Positions 11,401 through 22,634 of a stretch of 64,000 bases of DNA are shown here, piece by piece; the first letter of the stretch is position 1; each line of letters begins with the position of its first letter. The position numbers and the translations under genes were made by a program. The notes beneath the pieces are model-generated. The model saw only the letters and a list, made by a program, of their open reading frames with translations. It ran no database searches and was not told where the DNA came from. Origin of the DNA: Mobula birostris (taxonomy: Eukaryota); contig NC_092393.1 of assembly GCF_030028105.1 (NCBI RefSeq), positions 55,493,121 through 55,557,120 of the forward strand, written 5' to 3'.

Positions 11401-14024
11401 ATAAGTTATCATGTGTTACGTGTACTACTGTGATTTACACCCTGGTTCGGAGAAACGTTGCATCATTTCAATGTATGTTACATGATTACTGTGTATACAT
11501 TATATACATGCGTATCGTTAAATGACAATGAACTTGACTTGATGAGTAGCATTCCCAAGAAACATAATTTAAACACAATACTTACAAGAGTGAACATAGT
11601 GAGAACACAGTAAGTGTTACAGTGCGAAGCAGTCATGGTGCTGCCACACTGAGGCAGTGATTGGGGTCGTGTTGGTTAGCTCAGGAACTGAATGGTTGAA
11701 GGGAAGTAGCTGTTCGGGAACGTGGTGGTGTGGGACTTCAGGCTTCTGTAGCTCCTGCCTGATGGTAGCCGCGTGAGGACAGTATGGTCTGCTTGTTGAG
11801 GATCTTTGATGGTGGGTCATTCCAAATGCTCTCCAGCTCTTTCTGAATTCAGGCACTGGCTGTCTCGTTCCCTGAAAGGGCAGGGGGAGGTACAGAATTA
11901 AAAATAGAAGACAAGAGAAAAAGCTGATCAATGTTCAAAGTAAATTGATTATCAAAGTGCATATATGTCACTATATACGACCGTGAGATTCATTTTCTTG
12001 TGGGCAAATACAGTAAACCCGAGAAACACAATAGAGTCAATGAAAGACCACACCCAACAGGATGGAGAAATAACCAGTGTGAAAAAGACAACAAATTGGG
12101 CAAATACAAAAATAATAAATAAGCAATAAATATCAAGAACATGAGATGAGATGAAAAACCCTTCAAACTGAGTCCATAGATTGTGGGGACAATTCAATGA
12201 TGGCGCAAGTGAAGTTGAGTGTAGTTATCCCCTCTGGTTTTCAAGATCCTGTTGGTTGAGGGGTAATAACCATTCCTGAACCTGGTGGTGAGGCACCTAA
12301 GGCTCCTGTCCATCTTCCTGATGGCAGCAGCGAGAAGAGAGCATGCCCTGGATGGTGCTTTCCTGTGACAATGCCCTGTGGTGGGAGGGCCTTTACCTGT
12401 GCCATGATGGACTGGGTAAGTCAGTCACCAGGTCAGGCAGCATCCAGGGAAAGAGAAACGGTGAAGGTTTCAGGTCTGCAACACTTCAGATTGTTTCTCC
12501 TTCCGCAGATGCCGCCTGACCTGTTGTGTTTCTCCAGCGTTGTTCTGATTTCCTGCATTCTGCAGTCAAGAGACTCTCAGGATGATGGACAGAGGCAAGA
12601 ACTCTTCGGATGATGGTGTGGGGGGGGGGGCTCGGTGGTGACGGGGTGGAAGAAGTTAGCCTGTTGACCCTCAGCCTGGCCTGAGCACATTTGGCCTCAG
12701 TGCCACCACCTGGGAAAGACCAAAATAAGAGAGCCAGACAGGGCTGCTCTCCAATGAATTCAACTGGAAAATATGTCTATAAATACCAGGGTCAGATCTG
12801 GGTTGCGGGGCCTCACCCCAATGGGAGAAATTCCACCCCCACCCTCCTATCTGGGCTTAGGGAGGCAGGGGTCAAGGGAGCCATTGAACCCAAACGTGAA
12901 ACAAGATCAGGGGAGTAAGAAACTGTAGATGCCACGCGTTTTAAGGCACTGTGACGAAGGCACTATGTGTCCCATCACTTCCATTGCCTTCCCTTTCTGA
13001 CAGTGAAGAATCTCCAATGAAAGGACAGAGGAGAAGAGGTGCCCTCTCTCCCAATGCAGACTATACACCAGTGAAGTAATGATTCCGAAAAGAAGGTCTC
13101 CCTATGTGGCTCGGTCTATTTCAGGCGTCTGGTAATGAGAGAGAGTTCCGAGTGTCAGTCGCTGGGAATGGTGGGACTACTGGACAAGCAGCTGCATCAA
13201 GCGCTACGGTGATGCAACGTTGTCACAGCAAACAACTCGTTGCCTAGTAGCTCGCAGGAGCTGGTTTAACGATGGGAGTACAGCGCATTCCACTGGCGTC
13301 TCTGTACAGCCATTCTGCAGCTGTCGCCCTCTGGAAGTCCAGCCCTTCCAGGCAGCTTCACTTGTTCCTCCACTTCTCTGAACTCGGTCACCAGCTAACT
13401 GCTCCGGTTTCAAGATCCTCAGAGCCGGAGGGTCAATAAGGGACCTCTGCGACTGGCTCGCTGGCCTGGCTCCCGGGATGCTGGGATTGTTGTACTACAA
13501 GAGACCAAACGAACCGAGACTGTGTTCTGTGAAATTTAGAAGGATGAGAGGTGATCTCATTAAAATTTACAAAATTCTTCAAGGGCCTGACAGGCAAGAT
13601 ACTGGCTGTCAGACGTCGCTCACTGCTACCGTCGGGTAGGCAGTACAGGAGCCTTAGGTCCCACACCACCAAGTCAGAAACAGTCATTACCCTACAACTG
13701 TCAGGCTCCCGAACCGGTGTGGATAACGTCACTTGCCACAGCTCTGATCTGAACTGATTCCGTAACCTACAGACTCACTTTCAAGGATTCACCTTCTCAG
13801 GCTTATTTTGTTTGCGCAGTTTGTCTTTTGCATATTGGTTTGTTTGTCAGTCTTTGTTTAAGTGTATTTTTCATAGATAGGACACTGCAACACAGAAACA
13901 GGCCCTTCTGTTGTATTTCTTTTCCTGTAAATGCCCTCAAGAAAATGAATCTCAGGGTGGTATATGGTAGCATATACTACATCGAAAATACATTTACTCT
14001 GAACTTTGAACTTTGACCGAAGAG

Positions 14025-15066
14025 ACTCTCTCTACACTCTAGAACATAGAGTAGATAGTGTGTTACACCTGACCTCAACTTTCTCTATCCTCTAGAACAT
14101 AGAGTAGATGGTGTGGTACACCTAGCCCCCCAATCTCTCTGTACTCTGGAACATAGAGAGTAGAGGTGTGGTACACCTGACCCCCTCCACTCTCTCTGTA
14201 CTCTAGAATATAGGGTAGATGGTGTGGTACCCCTGACTTCCCCACTCTCTCTGTACTCTGGAACATAGACTAGATGGTGTGGTACACCTGACTCCCCCAC
14301 TCTCTCTGTACTCTAGAACATAGATTAGATGGTGTGGTACACCTGACTCCCCCACTCTCTCTGTACTCTAGAACATAGATTAGATGGTGTGGTACACCTG
14401 ACTCCCCCACTCTCTCTGTACTCTAGAACATAGAGTAGATGGTGTGGTACACCTGACTCCCCCACTCTCTCTGTACTCTGGAACATAGACTAGATGGTGT
14501 GGTACACCTGACCCTCCCCCACTCTCTCTGTACTCTAGAACATAGAGAGTAGATGGTGTGGTACACCTGACTCCCCCACTCTCTCTGTACTCTAGAACAT
14601 AGAGAGTAGATGGTGTGGTACACCTGACTCCCCACTCTCTCTGTACTCTAGAACATAGAGAGTAGATGGTGTGGTACACCTGACCCCCTCCACTCTCTCT
14701 GTACTCTGGAACATAGAGAGTAGTTGGTGTGGTACACCTGACCCCCTCCACTCTCTCTGTACTCTGGAACATAGAGAGTAGATAGTGTGGTACACCTGAC
14801 CCCCCCCCCTACTCTCTCTGTACTCTAGAACATAGAGAGTAGATGGTGTGGTACACCTGACTCCCCCACTCTCTCTGTACTCTAGAACATAGAGAGTAGA
14901 TGGTGTGGTACACCTGACCCCCTCCACTCTCTCTGTACTCTAGAACATAGAGAGTAGATGGTGTGGTACACCTGACTCCCCCACTCTCTCTGTACTCTAG
15001 AACATAGAGAGTAGATGGTGTGGTACACCTGACTCCCCCACTCTCTCTGTACTCTAGAACATAGAC
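14025..15066. repeat. Minisatellite, about 18.5 copies of a 55-57 bp unit
   Basis: Unit CTCTCTGTACTCTAGAACATAGA(GA)GTAGATGGTGTGGTACACCTGACTCCCCCACT repeated head-to-tail without spacers. Confidence 0.97.
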
Positions 15067-16298
15067 ACTGTCAATGAACCGTGAACACCACGTCACTACT
15101 TCGCTCTCCTTTCGCGCTATCTAGTTCTATATTTTTTATATTTGTTATTGCAACTTGTATATTTTATATATTGCACTCCACTGCTGCTGCAAAACAATAA
15201 ATTTCACAACATATATCAGTGATAATAAGGCTGATTCAGAGCTTTGGTACCTCAGAATCAGGTATATTATCATTGTCATATGTCATGAAATTAACTTATT
15301 GGTTGTCTTGTGGCATCAATGCAGTGTAATACTTAAGAGTTACTATCATTTAAATATAATTAATTAATTACAAGGACATTGCTGGAAATTAAAAGGCCTG
15401 AGTTATAGGAAAAGGTTGAATAGGTTCGAACTTTATTCCCTGGAGCACAGGAGAATGAGGAGCAATTTGATAGAGGTATACATAAGTTCTTATTGTAATT
15501 TATAGTAATTTTTATGTTTAGCATGGTACTGCTGCTGCAAAACAACACATTTTACAACATCAACACAAGAGATTGTGCTGATGCTGGATATCGAAAACAA
15601 CACACACAAAATGTTCCAGGGGAACTCACCAGACCAGGCAGCATCTGTGGAGAGGAATTAACAGGCTGAGACCCTACATCAGGACTCATTTCCCCATATG
15701 TCAGTGATAATTAACCTGATTCTGATTCTGACAATTTAATAAACAATCACAGGCCTGCTTCTGTCTGTGCAGATGTTTCATGACCATCTCCAGAATTTCC
15801 GATTTTTATTTCAGGGTTTCAGCATCTGCAGCATTCTGTTTTACCCCACCATTCTGACTTGTATCTAGTGGCAACGGCTCACTGCTTTGTTCACGTGGAA
15901 AGGCGTTGGAAGTGTTGCGCGGAACTCTCCCTGACACTGCTGTTGCTGATTGAATCAACCGTGCAAACTCACAGGTGTTTGATAGCTGTTTACCCACAAA
16001 CACGGCAACCACTTAAGATCAAGTGCAATCTCTGAGTCAGAGCTCGTTAACCATTTGTCTGCCAGATTGCGCAAGTCTATTAACATGTTCCTGTTCAATT
16101 GCAACTTTTCATCAGAAGCAGAGCTTTCGGTCTCTAGCATCTGCTCCTCTCTACCTCAGTAACACCATCCTGCACAACACTGTCTACAATTGATTCCCTT
16201 GTTATCTAAAACCCTGTTCATTATTGTCCTGTGTGCACTCAGCAACTGAGACTCTGCAGCCCTCCTGGGGAGGGGGCTCCACAGACTCACCACCCTCT

Positions 16299-16485
16299 GG
16301 GCCGGCTGGTGGCGTAGTGGCATCAGCACTGGGCTTCAAGGCAGATGGTCCTGAGTTCAAACCCAGCCGGGTCCCAACCTGTATCTGTGCAGAAGAAAGG
16401 CCTGGCAGTCCACTTCTGTACCTTGCCCATGAAAACCCAATGGACCTTGAGGTCAGGAAGAGTCAGACTCGACTATAACAACAAA
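16299..16485 (+). mobile_element. tRNA-derived SINE with RTE-like tail
   Basis: A box TGGCGTAGTGG, B box GAGTTCAAACC, 3' end gaggtcaggaagagtcagactcgact + (ACA)n. Confidence 0.7.
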
Positions 16486-19400
16486 CCACCCCCTGGCTGA
16501 AGAAATTGCCTCTCATCTCTCCCCTGAATGGTTGTCCAGACTCACTGAAGACCCACAGTACGCAACCCTCCAGTGAAAAATGATATTGTATCCGTTAAAT
16601 AGGGGCTGTGGACAATTCTGATTTAATGGAGACAGACGTGAAAGCACAGAGCAGCATCTGGAGAAATTTCTGAAACGCTCGTTCGCTGCTGTTGTTAGTG
16701 CGCGGTCCGGAATCTTCCAGAGGGTAGGCCTCAAAATCCCCGGCTTTGCCCGCTGTTGGCGACCGAGATTGAGGTCGAATCGTTCGGACAGAGATGGTGC
16801 TCATTTCTCGGTGTCGGAGAGCTGATTCGGAGGCTCAAAGTTTTCAGATGACTCAGAGTCAGGTTGTGGTCGGGCATGGCAGGGAGAGTTTTTCTTCCGT
16901 CTGCGTGAGATGTGGGACATTTGAGAGACTTTGAACTTTTACTGTGCTCATGGACTTCTTCATCAAGTTATGGTATTGTTACACTGTTTGTAATATGTTA
17001 TAATTATGTGATTTTGTTACTTTTTCAGTCTTTGTCTGTCCTGTGTTTTGCGATATCACACCGGAGGAAATATTGTATCATTTCTTAATTCATGCATTAC
17101 TAAATGACAATAAAAGAGGACTGCGTGTCTTCATAATCTAAATTATTTAGGAGCAGCTTCTTCTCCTCCACCCTCAGATTTCTGAGTGGTGCATGAACAC
17201 TACCTCACTGTTTATATATTCGACTGTACTGCTGCCACAAAGCAACAAATTTTGTGACATGTGTCAGTGATGATAAATCCAATTCTGATTCCCTGCTCAG
17301 TGAGATACTGATGATTGTTTAAGGCATGAAGTGAAACTTCATGACCAGGGGAATATTTCCAGAAGAGATTCTGCGGATGCTGGAAATCTAACCCTGGCTG
17401 CGTTATGGCCTGGTATGGGAACACCAATGCCTTTGATCAGAAAAGGTAGTGGATTTGGCCCAGTACATCAACAGTAAAGCCCTCCCAACCATTGAGCACA
17501 TCTACATAGAAAAGCAGCATCCATCGTCAAAGGTCCCCACCACCCAGGCCATCCTCTTTTCTCGCTGCTGCCATCAGGTAGAAGGTACAGGAGCCTCAGG
17601 ACTCGCACCACCAGGTTTAGGAACAGTTACTACCCCTCAACCACCAGGCTTTTGAACAAAAGAGGATAGCCGCACTCATTTAAGGACTCTGTTGTTATTT
17701 CATGCTCGTTATTTATTGCTATATATTTATATCTGCATTTGTACAGTTTGTTAACAGTTCCTGGTGTTTACACTTTACAGTTTCTGTTCTATAGATTTCC
17801 TAAGTATGCCCACAGAAAAACAATCTCAGGGTGGTATGTGGTGACATGTATGTACTCTGATAATAAATTTTTCTTTGAACTTTGAGCAATACACACAAAA
17901 TGCTGAAGGAACTCAGCAGATCAGGCAGCATCTATAGAAATGAATAAACAGTCAATGTTTCTGGATAGGAAAGAAAGGGTTAGGGTTATACTCCTTCCTC
18001 TTCCCCACTTTACCCTGCTCCCTTCCTATCCTGGTGAAGTGTCTCATCCCCTCTGTAGATGCTGCCTGACCTTCTGAGCTTCTCCAACGCTCCATGTGCA
18101 CCACTCGAAATTTCCAGCATCTGCAGAATCTCTTGTGCCAATAAATAATTAAGCAACTTGCATTTGTTCTCACTCAGAAGGAAGTTAAGAGGTAATATGA
18201 TGTTTATTTCAATGGGTTAATAATGGAAAATACAAGCTCTTTTCTCCAGGTTGAGTCTGTGCAGGATATAAACAAAACACTGACCCTGATTCTAAAACTT
18301 GCTACACCTAGAAAGTTTGGGGAATGGCATTTAAAATATCTGGTTCAGGATTCCTGACCCCAAACTACAGAAAAATTTGCTGCAAATTAGGTTTTGTATG
18401 AGCATGCTCTTCCATTCAGGGAACATGTCAATCAAGCCCCAGCCTCCTTGCCACTTTCTGGAGTAGGTTGAGAGCTTTAGGTTTCTAGGTGTAAATGTCA
18501 CCAACAATTTGTCCTGTCCAGCCATGTTGACACTACAGCCAAGAAAGTTCACCAGCTCCCCTACTTCCACAGAAGGTAAAGGAACCCCAGCATGTCCCCA
18601 AAGGCTCTCACTAGTTTCAGGATAGGATGTACCACGGGAAGCATCCTCAAAGTTCAAAGTAAATTTAGAAATAGGTGAGACCCTCCGTTGGTCAGGGCAG
18701 ACCATGGATGTTGTGTCCTAGCTGTCATATGCAAGCCAGGGCAGTACAGTATCGAGAGCAAGCTGTTCCCCATGCAGCAGTCCACCTCTCCATGCAACTG
18801 ATGAATCCAAAGGATCAGCATAGACCAATACAGCTTGGCACCAGTAGTGTCGCAGGAGATGAACTCAATGTAGGACTACCTTAGGGGCTCCAGCTCCAGA
18901 TTTTGCCCCAGGGTTTGCTCCCAAAGCCTTCCCCATGAGTGGGTATAGCAGCAAGGCCGTGGAGGTTTGAGATCAGGATTTTCCTCCTCGTCAACCACGG
19001 GTGATGAACCCCATATGCCTGAAGTAACTGGTTTTAAGGCAACAGTAACCTGCCTTTGCCCCTTCTCTTGTCAGTAGAAATGGTTATGCCAACCTTAGTA
19101 GCTAAGCTACACGTGAAGGCCAGGAGCTGGACTTGGTTGTCAGATGCACACAGGAGGCTGTGTACAGAATAACTACGAGCAGTGAGATAGACTGCGTATC
19201 AGATCTGGAAGAGATCTGGTATATCATGGAAGACTACAGTAAATTTTCACAGATGTACAGCGGAGAGCATTCTGACTGGTTGTACCACCATCTGGCATGA
19301 AGTCTCCAATCCACAGGATTGAAAGAGGCTGCCTTGGAAAAGCAACCAACATAATCAGCACTTCCACCTCCCACCCCTCTCCTATCAGACAGAAGATACA

Positions 19401-19643
19401 AACCTTTGAGGGCACGTACCACAGGGCTCAAGGACCGCTTCTATCCCACCATTATCAGACCCTTGAACGGACCTCTCCTACACTATAAGATGAATTCCTG
19501 ATCTCCCAGTCTACCTCATTATTATCCTTGCACCTTCCTGCTTACTTGCAGAGCACATTCTCTGTAATTGTATCATTATAGAACCCTCAAAGTTGCCACA
19601 CAAGTTGCTAGGGTGGTTAAGAAGGCGTGTGGTGTGTTGGCTT

Positions 19644-20960
19644 CAATGTTCTCTCCAATTTTATTTACAGCTGCACGGACCAACTGTTGCTCTGAACAGG
19701 GAATTTTTACATGGCCTGAAAACTGGGCGGCACATTAAATGTTTTTTTTAAATACTTATAATGAAAATGTGAAAAATCACATGCTTCTGATTTTATTTAT
19801 TAATTGAAGGGTTTAATGAAATACAGTACAAAAAAAGGAAATCTTTCATGCTCCATTAACTTTTTCTCACCTGTCTTTATTACAAATCCCTTGTCTATAA
19901 ACACTGTCTGGATTAATTTTGCATCCAGATAAAAGATACGTCTTAATTTTCATTAGATCGTCCAAATCTTCCACTTCTGGTCTGTTTCTGCATTTATAGG
20001 ACATTTCATTGAAATCATAAGACTGAATCCATGTTACCCAGTGCTGAAGTGGCTAGCACGAGAGGGCACAGTTTTAAGGTGCTTGGAAGCAGGTACAGAG
20101 GAGATGTCAGGGGTAAGTTTTTTACACAGAGAGTGGTGAGTGCGTGGAATGGGCTGCCGTCGATGGTGGTGGAGGCGGATACGATAGGGTCTTTTAAGAG
20201 GCTCCTGGATAGGTACATGGAGCTTAGAAAAATAGAGGGCTATGGGTAACCATAGGTAAGTTCTAAGGTAAGGACATGTTCAGCACAGCTTTGAGGGCCG
20301 AAGGGCCTGTATTGTGCTGTAGGTTTTCTATGTTTCTAAGCTTCTTCACAGTCAGCACTGGAAGCTTGAAATGATCCAATAATGTCAACAAGAATTAGCA
20401 GTTCTTCAAATTCTTTTTTCTAAGCAGATAGTTCAACTTACCAGTGGGCCGGTAGCTTATTAACAATGAGTTACTGACTTACGTTCTGTTTTTATTGTTA
20501 CAATTTGTAATTGTGTTGTAACTTGAAACACCGATAATGTAAGTACTATATGTTGAAGCTCTAAAATGTTCCAATTAAAGGTTGTGGTACCTATATTATT
20601 TAGAAAATTTATGGATTATATTCATTAACACGTGATTAATTACAGGGTATTTCTCAATTATGTTAACATGGATATCAAAATGATGTGGGTCTCTTTTGCT
20701 GTTGCTTGCTTGGTGTGGGGTTGGGGAGTCAGTGATTTTGGAGGCTTTAATGTTCTATCATTCCTATGGGGCCTATTGTTTCATGGATGTCTGTGAAGAG
20801 TACGAATACCAGGTTGCATACTGTATACATTCTCTGATATTAAAATAACATAAATTACCTTAACATTTACGTAAAATTAATTTCCAGCAGTGTGGCAATA
20901 AAGGCTATGTGCACGGGAGTATTTCAGTTACTGCACGGCCGCACAACTGAGGGTAACCTG
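19644..20960 (-). mobile_element. hAT DNA transposon deletion derivative with a transposase C-terminal dimerization-domain remnant
   Basis: 8-bp TSD gttggctt/gttggcta; degenerate termini (caatgttctctc ... gagggtaacctg); minus strand reads KEFEELLILVDIIGSFQASSADCEEGFSLM...RNRPEVEDLDDLMKIK after removing the CR1 insert at 20030-20340 (one frameshift). Confidence 0.85.
20030..20340 (+). mobile_element. CR1 3' end inserted into the hAT element
   Basis: TRGHSFKV..FFTQRVVSAWNGLP..FKRLLDRYM; tail ttttctatgtttcta. Confidence 0.85.
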
Positions 20961-21213
20961 GTTGGCTATGATTAGTTGGGGGATTGAGTTCGTGAGCCAC
21001 AAGGTAATATTGCAGCTCTATAAAACTCTGGTTAGACCACACTTGGAGTATTGTTTTCGGTTCTGGTTGCAGACTTGGAAGCTTTAGAAGAGATTTACCA
21101 TGTTGCTGCCTGGCTTACAGAGTATGTCTTATGACGATAAGTTGAGCAAGCTAGGGGTTTTCTCTTTGGAGAGAGGGAGGATAAGAGATGACTTTATAGA
21201 GGTGTACAAGATG

Positions 21214-21533
21214 TGTGGGCACGTGGCCAAGTGGTTAAGGCATTGGACTAGCTACCTGAAGGTCATGAGTTCAAGCCCCAGCCGAGGGAATGTGTTGTGT
21301 CGTAGAGCAAGGCACTACCACACATTGTTCTGTGACGACACTGGTACCAAGCTGTATGGGTCCTAGTGCCCTTCCCTTGGACAACATTGGTGTCATGGAG
21401 AGGGGAGACTTGCAGCATGGTCAACTGCTGGTCTTCCATACAACCTTGCCCAGGCCTGCACCCTGGAGAGTGAAGACTTTCCAGGCGCAGGTCCATGGTC
21501 TCGCAAGACTAACGGATGCCTTTGATTTGATTG
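21214..21533 (+). mobile_element. Full-length tRNA-derived CORE-type SINE with 8-bp TSD
   Basis: A box TGGCCAAGTGG, B box GAGTTCAAGCC, CORE-like gagcaaggcact, TSD acaagatg at 21206-21213 and 21534-21541. Confidence 0.85.
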
Positions 21534-21541
21534 ACAAGATG

Positions 21542-22634
21542 ATTGGTTAGCAGACAGGAAGCAAAGAGTGGGAATAAATGGGACCTTTTCAGAATGGCAG
21601 GCGGTGACTAGTGGGGTACCGCAAGGCTCAGTGCTGGGACCCCAGTTGTTTACAATATATATTAATGACTTGGATGAGGGAATTAAATGCAGCATCTCCT
21701 AGTTTGCGGATGACACGAAGCTGGGTGGCAGTGTTAGCTGTGAGGAGGATGCTAAGAGGATGCAGGGTGACTTGGATAGGTTGGGTGAGTGGGCAAATTC
21801 ATGGCAGATGCAATTTAATGTGGATAAATGTGAAGTTATCCACTTTGGTGGCAAAAATAGGAAAACAGATTATTATCTGAATGGTGGCCGATTAGGAAAA
21901 GGGGAGGTGCAACGAGACCTGGGTGTCATTATAAACCAGTCATTGAAAGTGGGCATGCAGGTACAGCAGGCGGTGAAAAAGGCGAATGGTATGCTGGCAT
22001 TTATAACGAGAGGATTCGAGTACAGGAGCAGGGAGGTACTACTGCAGTTGTACAAGGCCTTGGTGAGACCACACCTGGAGTATTGTGTGCAGTTTTGGTC
22101 CCCTAATCTGAGGAAAGACATCCTTGCCATAGAGGGAGTACAAAGAAGGTTCACCAGATTGATTCCTGGGATGGCAGGACTTTCATATGAAGAAAGACTG
22201 GATGAACTGGGCTTGTACTCGTTGGAATTTAGAAGATTGAGGGGGGATCTGATTGAAACGTATAAAATCCTAAAGGGATTGGACAGGCTAGATGCAGGAA
22301 GATTGTTCTCGATGTTGGGGAAGTCCAGAATGAGGGGCTACAGTTTGAGGATAAAGGGGAAGCCTTTTAGGACCGAGATGAGGAAAAACTTCTTCACACA
22401 GAGAGTGGTGAATCTGTGGAATTCTCTGCCACAGGAAACAGTTGAGGCCAATTCATTGGCTATATTTAAGAGAGAGTTAGATATAGCCCTTGTGGCTACG
22501 GGGGTCAGGGGGGTATGGAAGGAAGGCTGGGGCGGGGTTCTGAGTTGGATGATCAGCCATGATCATAATAAATGGCGGTGCAGGCTTGAAGGGCCGAATG
22601 GCCTACTCCTGCACCTATCTTCTATGTTTCTATG
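21542..22634 (+). mobile_element. Young CR1 LINE 3' portion (stop at 21700-21702)
   Basis: Near-identical to the 3' part of the 3001-4453 copy; 291-aa ORF at 21760-22635; TTCTATGTTTCTATG tail. Confidence 0.95.

Noticed and set aside
14025-15066. CRISPR-like array with palindromic repeats
   Set aside because: Units are contiguous with no unique spacers, there are no cas genes and the context is vertebrate; the ORFs over it are repeat artefacts.
21214-21290. tRNA gene (also 16299 and 48356)
   Set aside because: A/B boxes are present but continue into SINE bodies, two of them with TSDs; no clean cloverleaf.
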